DNA of 42,872 nt from a virus: the IMG/VR virus record IMGVR_UViG_3300045988_175311, positions 1 through 42,872 of that record. One strand, given 5' to 3'. A model generated the notes under the pieces. The model did not search any database and was not told the DNA's origin. It was given only the letters and a program-made list of their open reading frames with translations. This document shows, one piece after another, positions 1 through 9,341 of the stretch (the first letter of the stretch is position 1; the number at the start of each line of letters is the position of its first letter). The position numbers and the translations under genes are program-made.

Positions 1-55
1 AGCGGATCTAAGAATACCGTTAACAAATTTTCGGAATTTCTTATCATGCTGGTAT
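1..55. repeat. 55-bp terminal overlap; bases 1-55 are identical to 42818-42872, the signature of a circular assembly
   Basis: Both window ends were compared directly. The overlap lies inside an open minus-strand reading frame, so it is not a biological terminus. Confidence 0.9.
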
Positions 56-1773
56 AGCTTAACTAAGACTACAATTGCCGCAGTAATACCTGCAATCCAC
101 AAAGCCCAGGGAAGCAATTTAATGGCTGCTCCCATTAATCTAGTTGATGATGTGAACTCTAAAATGTACTTTCTTAGTCTCCAAATCCCACTACCCATGT
201 CTAAAAGCTTCTTGGCGGCAAACATACCCGCAAGAACCATACCTACAGACTGAATAGCTCTCTTGTGCTTAGAAATAGCATTTAACGCGTCCCCAAATCC
301 ATGCAAACCTTTAGATGCTTTGCCACTTTGGCCACCAATAGTTTTGATGATCGACGCAATAGGCTTCCAAGCCCCAATAGCTAAATTTTTTACAATTGAA
401 AAAAGCGAAGTAGCAGTCTTATTCAAGTCACCATGATGTTGGCCAATAAAAGCAACCGCTTTACCAGCAAAATCGCCAACCTTTGTCCCTAATAGCTTAA
501 CAATATTCTCTAATTCTTTGCGGGCGGACTTTAAACCACCATTTCTACCAGTCATTGAATCCATGCCCTTAGCAAACCCAGCAGATAAAGGTTTGGCAAA
601 AGCCACTTCCAAATTCTGCCATTCGCCTTTAATGGCAGCTATCTGCCCAGCAGTGGTTTTACCAAATGCTTTCCATGCCGATCCACTACCTTTAGCAGCC
701 TTCATCATCCATCTTTGCATTTCAGTACCGGTGATTTTACTGCTTTTAAGAGCGGTATTAAAAGCAGCGTTGGTCATGCCACTAGCTTGTTGTATTTGCT
801 TACGTAATGCCGGCATTTGGCCAAATACCCGGTTAAAGAATCCAGCACTAACTGTCTTTGCTCCCAAAGATTTGGCCACCATGTTAGTCATCTGGACTAT
901 TTGATCGCCAGTCTTACCTGCTTCAGAACCATAAGCAGCCATTTCATTAGTTAAAGTTTTGGTGACCGGGACACTATTCGTTAGCGCATAAAGTTTCTTC
1001 TGCATTGAATCTATTGCGCCCCCCGACATATCGGCTTTAGAACGAATATCACCTATTTGATCGCCTAATTCCTCTGTTTGTTTGCTGGTTATGCCAATCG
1101 TTTTCCACTGGCTTTCAATACGTTCACCTGCTTCGGCTAGTTCAAAACCATTCTTAGCAGAGTTCCAAATACCTGAAGCTAAATTCTGAATACCATTAGA
1201 AACTGCTGTCCCAACAAAACTACCGAAAATAATATCGTGTAGTCGTTTAACGCGATCATGCGCTTTATCAACATGATCACTATAATCTTTGATTAATTTT
1301 GAACCATTTCCGGCAGATTTGTTTGAGTTATCAAAATTAGTTTTAATATCCGCAACTTTTTTAGTTGGTAAATCACGCAGCTCATCTTGAACTTTATGAA
1401 TTGCATCAGCATCTTTTTTGGCTTCATCATTCAGTCCTGAATTCAGCTTGATTTTTTTGGCGGCATCACTCGTATACTTAAATTCTTGCTGCATTTTATG
1501 AACATTTTCAGTAACCTGGTTTGTTTCATTCTTTGCAGAATCCATACTGTGATAAACGTCTTGAACTGCATCACGAGTCTTTCTGACTTCGTCACTACTC
1601 TTACCACCAAAGCCACTAAAATTGTTTTTGAATTTATCAGTAATTCGAGAGGCTTCTTTCATTGTCTCCAGGAAGTCATCCATCATGCTGTTAGCCCGTT
1701 TGAAATCGTCTAGTCCATTCATACTGAGATCAAGTCCAATGCCAGCATGACGAACTTCTTTTGCTTCAGCCAT
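1..1773 (-). CDS. Tail tape measure protein, N-terminal 591 codons; continues in frame at 42817 across the circular junction
   Basis: The ATG at 1773-1771 lies 2 nt after the stop of the upstream gene. Translation begins MAEAKEVRHAGIGLDLSMNG... with no stop down to base 1. It sits after the tube and chaperone genes, and 1773 nt is exactly 591 codons. Confidence 0.85.
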   Translation of the reverse strand, partial: MAEAKEVRHAGIGLDLSMNGLDDFKRANSMMDDFLETMKEASRITDKFKNNFSGFGGKSSDEVRKTRDAVQDVYHSMDSAKNETNQVTENVHKMQQEFKYTSDAAKKIKLNSGLNDEAKKDADAIHKVQDELRDLPTKKVADIKTNFDNSNKSAGNGSKLIKDYSDHVDKAHDRVKRLHDIIFGSFVGTAVSNGIQNLASGIWNSAKNGFELAEAGERIESQWKTIGITSKQTEELGDQIGDIRSKADMSGGAIDSMQKKLYALTNSVPVTKTLTNEMAAYGSEAGKTGDQIVQMTNMVAKSLGAKTVSAGFFNRVFGQMPALRKQIQQASGMTNAAFNTALKSSKITGTEMQRWMMKAAKGSGSAWKAFGKTTAGQIAAIKGEWQNLEVAFAKPLSAGFAKGMDSMTGRNGGLKSARKELENIVKLLGTKVGDFAGKAVAFIGQHHGDLNKTATSLFSIVKNLAIGAWKPIASIIKTIGGQSGKASKGLHGFGDALNAISKHKRAIQSVGMVLAGMFAAKKLLDMGSGIWRLRKYILEFTSSTRLMGAAIKLLPWALWIAGITAAIVVLVKLYQHDKKFRKFVNGILRSA

Positions 1774-1775
1774 TA

Positions 1776-2060
1776 CTATTTTCCTCCTTTCTTACCAAAC
1801 ATTTCATTCACAATTTTAGCCACGCCATAATACACGCCTTGGGCAATAACCGATTCCTTTTCTTGTCGAACTAATTTAGCTTTGGCTCGATTAAAAATAT
1901 ATTCATCTTGAGTCATCAAATTAATCTGATCTTCACTAATTCCCAATTCAACTGACATAACCAGAAAATCTTTATTGATCTCATCCTCTGCCAAATGGTC
2001 ATCGATTTTGCCAAATTCATTAACATATTTGGAATTACTTTGGTCGTAACGTTGTTGCAA
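1776..2060 (-). CDS. Second tail assembly chaperone ORF; possibly the frameshift extension of the upstream chaperone
   Basis: It lies between the chaperone and the tape measure and overlaps the upstream ORF by 26 nt in the +1 frame. The only start is a TTG with no Shine-Dalgarno sequence. Confidence 0.5.
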   Translation of the reverse strand: MQQRYDQSNSKYVNEFGKIDDHLAEDEINKDFLVMSVELGISEDQINLMTQDEYIFNRAKAKLVRQEKESVIAQGVYYGVAKIVNEMFGKKGGK

Positions 2061-2661
2061 GAAAGCGAAACGATTCCATCAAAATATTTAACAGACCGTT
2101 CCGTGCTAATAGCGAACCAAGATATGATTGAGCCTCACTCAAAGCCGTAGCGCCCAAACCAGAACCATGTTCACCAACATTCCAATACTTCATCTTGACG
2201 ATTTGTGGAGTGCTTTCATCAGTACGCAAAACTTCCTTATTAAGAGAAACCAAGGTGTCGTGCATATTAAGTGCCCCAGAAGGACGGTTAGTCATCATGA
2301 AGATTTGTAAGGCCGTACGATAATCCGGAAATACCATATTAATCTTTACTTCATCACCAGCACTGTTTTGCTTAATAACGGTTTTCTTAGTTAATTTTTC
2401 TGGCAGTTCATGATTCAAACTACCATAATCCAAATGCGGACTAACCAAGACGTTTTGCATCAACATCTCAAACGCCTTACCATAATCAGAACTATCGCTA
2501 CCGACATTCATTAAATCCATGATTTGAGTAGCTACTCCAATACCTGGATCTTGCAAAGTGATCTTTGTTGTGTGTTTTTTATCCTTATCGTCTGTCCATT
2601 CAACCGTTTTATGAATCTCATTGCCCATCAAGGCTTCGAGCTTTTTTTCATTATTTTCCAT
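2035..2661 (-). CDS. Tail assembly chaperone (XkdN-like position)
   Basis: RBS AAGGAG precedes the ATG. It lies immediately after the tube gene and before the tape measure. Confidence 0.6.
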   Translation of the reverse strand: MENNEKKLEALMGNEIHKTVEWTDDKDKKHTTKITLQDPGIGVATQIMDLMNVGSDSSDYGKAFEMLMQNVLVSPHLDYGSLNHELPEKLTKKTVIKQNSAGDEVKINMVFPDYRTALQIFMMTNRPSGALNMHDTLVSLNKEVLRTDESTPQIVKMKYWNVGEHGSGLGATALSEAQSYLGSLLARNGLLNILMESFRFLATTLRPK

Positions 2662-2720
2662 TTTAATTTACTCCTTATGTAGAGGGCTACCGCTGCGGTA
2701 GCCCCCTGTTCCATTTTAAT

Positions 2721-3218
2721 TTAAGAAAACATTGAATCGTCTGGCTTATTACCAGTATTTTGATAGTAACCAACTAATACCGACCAAGCCAATGAATATG
2801 CTGATTCGTTACCTTGGTTAGATGGTAAGCCAGCAAGTCGGCAGCCTTCTGCAGTAATCTTTTCACCAGTTGATGTGTTAACAATATTTAATCCAAACAA
2901 ATCATCAGCAGTTAATGGACCTTCTTCCATTAAGTCATGCTGAGCATGATACATATAGAACAGAATATCTGTCGTAGATGTTCCTGGGTAGGTGTTTAAG
3001 GTAATCGTTCCAGTTTCATCTTCTGTATCAAAAAACATAACATTCGAATGAAAATCGCTTTGCATAGTAGTATCAGCACTCGTTCTCTGTGAACTGAACG
3101 CTTCACCATTTTGAAAACCGCCAAGTTCTTTAGATTGGTTCTTCCATAGCAAATAAATGTGAAGGAAACGAGCCGAATATAGGTTTTCTTCTTTACCATT
3201 GGATAATGTAATTGCCAT
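2721..3218 (-). CDS. Tail tube protein (XkdM-like position)
   Basis: 165 aa, RBS GGGAGGG, directly downstream of the putative sheath. Assignment rests on synteny with PBSX-like contractile-tail modules. Confidence 0.6.
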   Translation of the reverse strand: MAITLSNGKEENLYSARFLHIYLLWKNQSKELGGFQNGEAFSSQRTSADTTMQSDFHSNVMFFDTEDETGTITLNTYPGTSTTDILFYMYHAQHDLMEEGPLTADDLFGLNIVNTSTGEKITAEGCRLAGLPSNQGNESAYSLAWSVLVGYYQNTGNKPDDSMFS

Positions 3219-3234
3219 TAGTATTTCCCTCCCT

Positions 3235-4329
3235 TTACAAAGTCAAATCAAGTTTGGCATTAATTGTATCAATGTCGTCAGCAATTTGAGCGCTTAAACT
3301 AAACCCATTATATTTGCGAGCAATGACGTCACTGTTCAACACCTTAGATCTAGGCACACTGTTAACAGCAATTGCCGTATACAAAACACCCATTTGTAAT
3401 AAGCTTGTGCTGACAGCATTGATAGTCTGTGTCATCTCTTTGATTGTTGCATCATTGTAAATTGGGAAACTCTTACGGTTAAGATATTTCTGCAAATTAG
3501 TTTGTAATGTATCAATCACTAATTGAGTATGAACAAATTGATCAATATAATTACCAGCTAACGCTTTACCATTTAACAACATATAATCGCCAGCCTTATT
3601 AACGACCAAAGTGGCATTCAAGCCAGCAATTGTATCATAATCATCGGTTGTTAAACCAGCATCTGGTTCAAACTGTGAAAGGTTACCAATATGCTGAAAG
3701 TCAACTGGTAAGTTAGCTGCGGCGTACGCTACCGCCTGAGCAGCAGGATAGCGATCCGTAGCTGTTTCAACAATTGCAGCAGTGTTGCCTAATTGGTTCT
3801 TTACTGTTTGAACACCGGCAACATGAGTTGCTAACGTTTGCAGTGCGGTAACCGAGTTCGGTTGAGTTACCAACATAATTCTTTGGTTATCATATAGAAA
3901 ATCAGAAAGCGCCTCGATCTCAGTCTCGGTTGCTCCGTCAAGTACTAAATATTTGAAACCATCAAATAGATGCTGGGTAATTCCAACAACAATTCCCGGT
4001 GTTTGGGTAGCCGTAACCGTACCACCGGTAGTTGTCCCTTGAGATTTAACCCCTGAAGGTGTATTGGAATCCACATTAGGATATGCAATAACTTCAAGAG
4101 GCCCATTAAAGCCATTAACATCAAACATCGCCGCTGCTTGAGCGTAGACACCTGTGTTTTCTTTATAATCTGCCGATAAACTATCTAAGTCATCATAAAT
4201 GTTGCTCTTAGTAGTAGCATCGGTATTTTTTGTAGCAATTGCTACCAATGGAGTACGATCCGGATTGGTTAAGGCATGAATAGCAACAATGAAATGTACA
4301 TCCGTAGTTTGTTTAACAATATCTGACAC
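3235..4329 (-). CDS. Tail sheath protein (putative)
   Basis: 364 aa with a GTG start after AAGGAG. It precedes the tube, and the genome also encodes baseplate J, gp25-like and LysM proteins typical of contractile tails. Confidence 0.6.
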   Translation of the reverse strand: MSDIVKQTTDVHFIVAIHALTNPDRTPLVAIATKNTDATTKSNIYDDLDSLSADYKENTGVYAQAAAMFDVNGFNGPLEVIAYPNVDSNTPSGVKSQGTTTGGTVTATQTPGIVVGITQHLFDGFKYLVLDGATETEIEALSDFLYDNQRIMLVTQPNSVTALQTLATHVAGVQTVKNQLGNTAAIVETATDRYPAAQAVAYAAANLPVDFQHIGNLSQFEPDAGLTTDDYDTIAGLNATLVVNKAGDYMLLNGKALAGNYIDQFVHTQLVIDTLQTNLQKYLNRKSFPIYNDATIKEMTQTINAVSTSLLQMGVLYTAIAVNSVPRSKVLNSDVIARKYNGFSLSAQIADDIDTINAKLDLTL

Positions 4330-4817
4330 TATGATTCAGCTCCTTTTTTTATATTAAATTCTGGATTAACACTAGCAATATTTCCTGTTTGCGTCTGATC
4401 AGTGAAGTTGTCTTGAACTTCAAACGTATAATCGGCGCCTGCCGTAAACTGCCAATCAACATCTAAATATTGATCAACTGGTGGAATAGCATCACAGCGT
4501 TTAGCCACAATGCCTTTTTGAAGCAAATCATATTCAGGCTGCTGTAGAAAAAACAATTTTCGTAACTGATGTCCTAATGATTTAGCTTCATTCTCATCAT
4601 TTGAAATAGCCTTAAATTGAACATGCAAATCAAACGTTTCGTTTTCCACATCATTAAACAATACCCGATCATAGTCATCGTAAATTTTGTAAACGATATA
4701 TGGATAAGTTGGCGAAGCATTGTTGACACTTTGTGGACGTATGGGTACATCAGGGAAATATTGCTTAATCTCGGCAACTAAGGCCGCTGAGAAAGCATGA
4801 TAAAAATTGTTACTCAT
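4329..4817 (-). CDS. Neck or tail-completion protein (putative)
   Basis: Likely start is the ATG at 4817, after AGAGGTTGG. Position between the head-tail joining genes and the sheath. Confidence 0.5.
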   Translation of the reverse strand: MSNNFYHAFSAALVAEIKQYFPDVPIRPQSVNNASPTYPYIVYKIYDDYDRVLFNDVENETFDLHVQFKAISNDENEAKSLGHQLRKLFFLQQPEYDLLQKGIVAKRCDAIPPVDQYLDVDWQFTAGADYTFEVQDNFTDQTQTGNIASVNPEFNIKKGAES

Positions 4818-5181
4818 CAGTACCAACCTCTTTTATCTGGTAGTAAGTCATTCCAGCGGATAAATCGTCCGCATGATTGACTACTTCATACTTCGACCCA
4901 TTAGCTCGTTGGACTATCGTTCCTTTAGGACAAGCTACCATATGAGATAACCAATATAAGGTGCCAACCGGTAATTGGCCACCATCTTCCTGGCTGTACG
5001 TCATGTTAGGGTTGGTTGTATTAGTTATTACTTCGGAAACGTGATAGACCACATTTGGTCCCAAAATCGGTTTCCCAAGATCATCTGTTTCACCAGTATC
5101 TTTCCCAATAACGGTAATAGTTAAGTCTTCAGCTAACTGATCGTTCATAAAAGCAAAGTTGTTAAAGTTTTGAAACGCCAT
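4810..5181 (-). CDS. Head-tail joining protein (putative)
   Basis: 123-aa ORF packed tightly in the neck-gene block; assigned from synteny only. Confidence 0.45.
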   Translation of the reverse strand: MAFQNFNNFAFMNDQLAEDLTITVIGKDTGETDDLGKPILGPNVVYHVSEVITNTTNPNMTYSQEDGGQLPVGTLYWLSHMVACPKGTIVQRANGSKYEVVNHADDLSAGMTYYQIKEVGTDE

Positions 5182-5183
5182 GA

Positions 5184-5570
5184 TTACTTACCAGCAGTTG
5201 CTTGACTATTAGTAGTTGAAGGAGCATCTGAGGCTTGTGTAGTGCTCTGATCACCCAAGCTTACGTCACCACCAACTTCTGTTGGTACCACTTTGACATT
5301 GCCAGGGGTTGATTCACCGGCAACGGTAAAACCCGGCACGGCAATAAATTGTCCTAAGAATTTTTGAGTATCTGGATCATAAAAAGCAGTATAATATTTT
5401 CCATCGGGAATACTATCGCCAGCATCATAGCCAATAATATGAACTACATAGGGATCAGAAGCATTAGGCAAAAATGCAATATTTTCTGGTTTTTCAGTGC
5501 TACGGTCCGGTTTTACATAAACTCCGTTATTATCTTTAGTAGCTTCTACAACAATTAATTCTTTACTCAT
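5184..5570 (-). CDS. Hypothetical structural protein
   Basis: Start chosen at the ATG at 5570 (MSKELIVVEA...), which avoids a 53-nt overlap with the upstream gene. The C-terminus is Ser/Thr-rich. Confidence 0.45.
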   Translation of the reverse strand: MSKELIVVEATKDNNGVYVKPDRSTEKPENIAFLPNASDPYVVHIIGYDAGDSIPDGKYYTAFYDPDTQKFLGQFIAVPGFTVAGESTPGNVKVVPTEVGGDVSLGDQSTTQASDAPSTTNSQATAGK

Positions 5571-5574
5571 AAAA

Positions 5575-6177
5575 TCAAATCCTTTCTGTAATCCAATGAA
5601 TGGAGTCGCGTAACTCGCCTTTTTCAATCAATGGATCATCAAATCCTTTGTTTGCAATTGTCAATGGCGCATTTTTGGGATCGCTGAATTCTTTTATAGT
5701 TCGCTTAATATCTTCAACAACGGCATCGCCTAAAACAGGAAAAACGTCCTGATAATTTATCTCTCCAACAAATACTTTAAATGCCAAATCAGCCGCTAGT
5801 TCGGTCCAATTATCAAGGTAGTGGTCAAACGTGTAACGTAAAAAAGGACGCGGTGGAATATGCACCTCATCCTTTAAAATAAACATTATCCGCATACCAT
5901 ATGGCTGCGATTTATCCGGAACCGCCAAAACATGATTGTGCGGTGGCTTTGGTCGAAAAAGATTAGCAATCTCTCCGGGTTTACGCCCTTTGGCTTCTTT
6001 AGTTGGAATTGTTAGATATGCTTTATTCTTAGGCTTTATATCAGCGCCATATTCATTAACTAAAGCAATCATGTTTAAGCGCTGATTAGTCCAGGGCACC
6101 CCAATGGATAATCTGACACTTTGCAACTTTTCCAGCTGTTCAATACCACTGGTTAAATGATTAAAGTCTTCTGTCAT
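5575..6177 (-). CDS. Head-tail adaptor or head-closure protein (putative)
   Basis: The ATG at 6177 overlaps the upstream TGA (ATGA coupling). Position after the connector gene. Confidence 0.5.
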   Translation of the reverse strand: MTEDFNHLTSGIEQLEKLQSVRLSIGVPWTNQRLNMIALVNEYGADIKPKNKAYLTIPTKEAKGRKPGEIANLFRPKPPHNHVLAVPDKSQPYGMRIMFILKDEVHIPPRPFLRYTFDHYLDNWTELAADLAFKVFVGEINYQDVFPVLGDAVVEDIKRTIKEFSDPKNAPLTIANKGFDDPLIEKGELRDSIHWITERI

Positions 6178-6515
6178 TCTGTCCACACGGCTCCCAGACT
6201 GTCTGAAACACCATAATCATCGACTATTTGGTTATATTCTTGTAAGTATGGATCAACACCATTGAAGTTAACCATTGTTTGAGTATTGCCAAAAGTGGAG
6301 GCAGACTGGACACCACCATAGTTCATAAACCAGTCTGCATACAATAAATGACGCGCCCAAGCGATAATTCCCCTAGCTAACGCGTCATCACTAATTTGAT
6401 CATGCTGAGCTTTTGCGATTGCATCATTAGTCCTTTCGGTAATATGGTCATCACTGAAACTTTGAAAAATTTTATAATCACTTTTCACATCAACAATTGT
6501 GGGTGTTTCAGCCAT
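6174..6515 (-). CDS. Head-tail connector (gp6-like, putative)
   Basis: 113 aa, RBS AGGAGG, immediately after the major capsid gene. Confidence 0.55.
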   Translation of the reverse strand: MAETPTIVDVKSDYKIFQSFSDDHITERTNDAIAKAQHDQISDDALARGIIAWARHLLYADWFMNYGGVQSASTFGNTQTMVNFNGVDPYLQEYNQIVDDYGVSDSLGAVWTE

Positions 6516-6528
6516 CGCTGATTACCTC

Positions 6529-7608
6529 CTATTTACCAGTTCCAGATCCGCTAGTTGATGAGCCAGAACCGCTGGTTGATGAACCTGAGGCTTTAGATTT
6601 AGGTGAATTAATAGTTGGGACAACATAATCAGTTCCAACTTTAAAACCATATTTAACTAATTGAATGTTACGTGGATCATAGGATACTTGGAATAACGGC
6701 TTAGTTCCTGCTGCCAAGTCAGCTAAATAAGTGTCGGGCTTAGTTTGAGTCAAGTCAACATCTGTTCCGGCAACGTGGCAAGTAACTACTCGTTTCTGAG
6801 TAATGGCTACCATGCCACCCTTTTGAAATTCGTCACGCTGAACAACTAGGCCATTAGTCGGAGTAGCAGTTGCATAATCAATGGCTCCAGGGCCGAAGAT
6901 GAGTGCATAAGTAGTTCCATCAGAAGCAACCGGAATGCTATCATCTTGAACGATGCTCATACCTTGATAAGTGGCAATTGGAGTAGCTGCTCCAGCAGGT
7001 TGCAGATATTCAATCAATTGTTGTTCGCGCATTTCTGAATAGGCTGCTGAGTTAACAACTAATGTCGATAAGGTGTTATCCATTACATCACCCATGCGGG
7101 CAAGTGCCTTAACAAAGTCCGCAGCAGATAATTCCTTCTCAGAACCAACACCGTAAGACTTTGCAGTTGCAATATCTGTGTTATTGAAAGTTGCTTTAAC
7201 AGTATCCAGCAAAAGCTTTGTATCTTGGCGAGTCCACCAGTTACCAAAACGATTGGCAATCTGCTGTTGGGTACTTGCACCAGAAATTAAATCTCCCCAG
7301 TCAGTATTACCGAATGACTTGAATTGATACATTTTAATGCCGTATTCCATAGCAGAATCAACACCATTAGTTTGAATATCGTTAGTATCATTCCACTCGT
7401 CAGCGTCACCGCTTAAATCATTCATTGCAGGGATCTCAACCGTTCGTCCCGGTTGAAGCAATCGGCCACCTAATACTGGGTCATTTTTCAAGACACCAGA
7501 TTGAACAAAGCGGTTAGTTTGAGTATTTTGACGATAGATCCAGTCCAAAAAAACTTTTGGTTCAATTAAATTACTAAAATTCGTAGGGTTTCCGTTAATT
7601 ACGGTCAT
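6529..7608 (-). CDS. Major capsid protein
   Basis: 359 aa, RBS GGAGGTG, follows the scaffold gene. The C-terminus ends in a Ser/Gly-rich repeat, SGSSTSGSGSSTSGSGTGK. Confidence 0.8.
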   Translation of the reverse strand: MTVINGNPTNFSNLIEPKVFLDWIYRQNTQTNRFVQSGVLKNDPVLGGRLLQPGRTVEIPAMNDLSGDADEWNDTNDIQTNGVDSAMEYGIKMYQFKSFGNTDWGDLISGASTQQQIANRFGNWWTRQDTKLLLDTVKATFNNTDIATAKSYGVGSEKELSAADFVKALARMGDVMDNTLSTLVVNSAAYSEMREQQLIEYLQPAGAATPIATYQGMSIVQDDSIPVASDGTTYALIFGPGAIDYATATPTNGLVVQRDEFQKGGMVAITQKRVVTCHVAGTDVDLTQTKPDTYLADLAAGTKPLFQVSYDPRNIQLVKYGFKVGTDYVVPTINSPKSKASGSSTSGSGSSTSGSGTGK

Positions 7609-7620
7609 TACCTACACCTC

Positions 7621-8280
7621 CTATTTAAGTTTGTTGTACAAATCTGGGTTTTGACGATAAAGGTTAGTCTGCTCTTCAAGGCTCATCTGCGCAAAATCTT
7701 CGCGTGTCATAGAAGCGTTAAATTGTTGACCGCCATTCTGTGGTGATTGATTACCCGTAACTTTCTTTTCAACAGCTTCCTGAACTGCTTTATTAAACAA
7801 GTTTGTAAACTTATCCAAGTTATTATTACGAACATCTTCCTTAACATCACTAATAAACTCGGCAAATTCAGCTGGAATGTGCTTGTCAGTTAGAACAGTT
7901 TTAGTTGCATTTAAAGCATCCTTACGGTTCGCTTCATCTAACTTCTCTTGAAGGCGATCTTGCTGCTCCTTCAGAGCTTGTCGTTGCTCTTCTAAATCGG
8001 CTTGGGCCTTCTCACTAGCATTCATGCCGGCTCGCTTTTCGCCCTTTTCAAGCCATTCTTGTTCCTTTTGCTTAAGCTTAGTTTCAAAGTCATCTTTGAG
8101 ATTGCTTTCAACTTCCTTAGCTTTAGCAGCCATCATTTTCCCAATATCATCCTGTGTATAGGTTTTACCAGATGGCTTGGGATCTTTAGGATCTTGAGCA
8201 GGATCGTTAGATGTTGGCTTTGGATCAGTTGGTTCAGGGTCATTACTTGGATCAGCAAAGAATTGCAAATTAGTTTTCAT
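7621..8280 (-). CDS. Capsid scaffolding protein
   Basis: Charged, coiled-coil-like sequence (KQKEQEWLEKGEK...). The ATG at 8280 lies 8 nt after AAGGAG. Position between the head morphogenesis and capsid genes. Confidence 0.7.
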   Translation of the reverse strand: MKTNLQFFADPSNDPEPTDPKPTSNDPAQDPKDPKPSGKTYTQDDIGKMMAAKAKEVESNLKDDFETKLKQKEQEWLEKGEKRAGMNASEKAQADLEEQRQALKEQQDRLQEKLDEANRKDALNATKTVLTDKHIPAEFAEFISDVKEDVRNNNLDKFTNLFNKAVQEAVEKKVTGNQSPQNGGQQFNASMTREDFAQMSLEEQTNLYRQNPDLYNKLK

Positions 8281-8405
8281 TGTCAAAACTCCTTTTTTAA
8301 GTCCGTAGACTGAATTGTTTGTAAGTGCAATAACTAGATCGATTATTCTTTAACGCCTGCAATCGAGAAAAAGGCAAATCAAAGAACTAGTTTTTAAGTT
8401 TCATG

Positions 8406-9341
8406 TTATTCAAATACTCTATCAAGTTCACCAGACAGCAGATTTCCATCTTCATCACAGGCTACCAGCTGGCAACGACAATTTGGATGAGTATCCGCGA
8501 CTGGAATCGGTGCTTGTCCATAGGCAAATGTTTGTCTATCAAGTGGTTCACAAATATCACAAACACGGCCATCTTCCTCGGTTAGCCACATCACATACTG
8601 AACATTCTGTTCATCATACGCTCTGTTCTTACCACTGTTGCTATTGCGTATAGCTTCATTAGTTGTTAACGTATGAATTCTGGACAGCATCTGATTCATT
8701 GGCGTTGCTAAATTGTCATCAATTCGATCACCGCTTTGAGGAATACTGCGGGTCATTTTATTGATGTCTGATTTCTGCATGCCGCGACTCAAGCCTTTAT
8801 TCAGGGTTTCTTTCATTCGTGTCGTCATGACGTCGCCATGCACCCAAATTCGTTGAGAATAATCAGCTTGGTTGGCTACTTTAGCCGGAACCGTTGTTAA
8901 CTTATTAGGGCTAGAGTCCTCATATCCATCGATATACTGCTGTTTGAGTTCATTAACTGCAAATGATTCACTTTTTGCTGTAGCAATGCTCATACCGGCA
9001 CCAATCATTGCACCCAACATATCACGCCGAGAAATAGATGCTTGGGCAAAGATTGCTTGCAAGCGTTTAGACAATTTATCACTAGGACTAGCGTTAGCTA
9101 GCATTTCATCAATTGCTTGGTAAAAGCTCTGAATATCCCAGGAATTAACCTGTTGAGACACTTGATTAAGAGTTAAACCATTATCATCGGCATATTCGTT
9201 ATAAAACTCTTGGAGATGATTACCAATGATACTTAAGGCCTGCTGATAAAAACCGTCAATCGTCTGATTGTTGCGGTTGTCCCGTTGAATCAGTTTGTTG
9301 ATCTTCTTGCGCTCCTGCTTGATCGTTGTCATCATCATCAC
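8406..9341 (-). CDS. Head morphogenesis / minor capsid protein (SPP1 gp7 / Mu F-like)
   Basis: It follows the portal gene. The C-terminus has a Cys motif, RVCDICEPL...HPNCRCQL, typical of this family. Confidence 0.75.
   Translation of the reverse strand: MMMMTTIKQERKKINKLIQRDNRNNQTIDGFYQQALSIIGNHLQEFYNEYADDNGLTLNQVSQQVNSWDIQSFYQAIDEMLANASPSDKLSKRLQAIFAQASISRRDMLGAMIGAGMSIATAKSESFAVNELKQQYIDGYEDSSPNKLTTVPAKVANQADYSQRIWVHGDVMTTRMKETLNKGLSRGMQKSDINKMTRSIPQSGDRIDDNLATPMNQMLSRIHTLTTNEAIRNSNSGKNRAYDEQNVQYVMWLTEEDGRVCDICEPLDRQTFAYGQAPIPVADTHPNCRCQLVACDEDGNLLSGELDRVFE

Noticed and set aside
1-55. Terminal 55-bp repeat read as a phage direct terminal repeat or cos end
   Set aside because: It lies in the middle of the tape measure coding frame, which reads through the junction. 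An assembly overlap of a circular contig is the simpler explanation.
518-904. Plus-strand ORFs 518..904, 1486..1713, 40993..41187 and 41637..42221
   Set aside because: All lie antisense to the long, uninterrupted tape measure frame. They have no RBS and their composition is odd (Pro/Leu/Ser-rich). They are treated as shadow ORFs.
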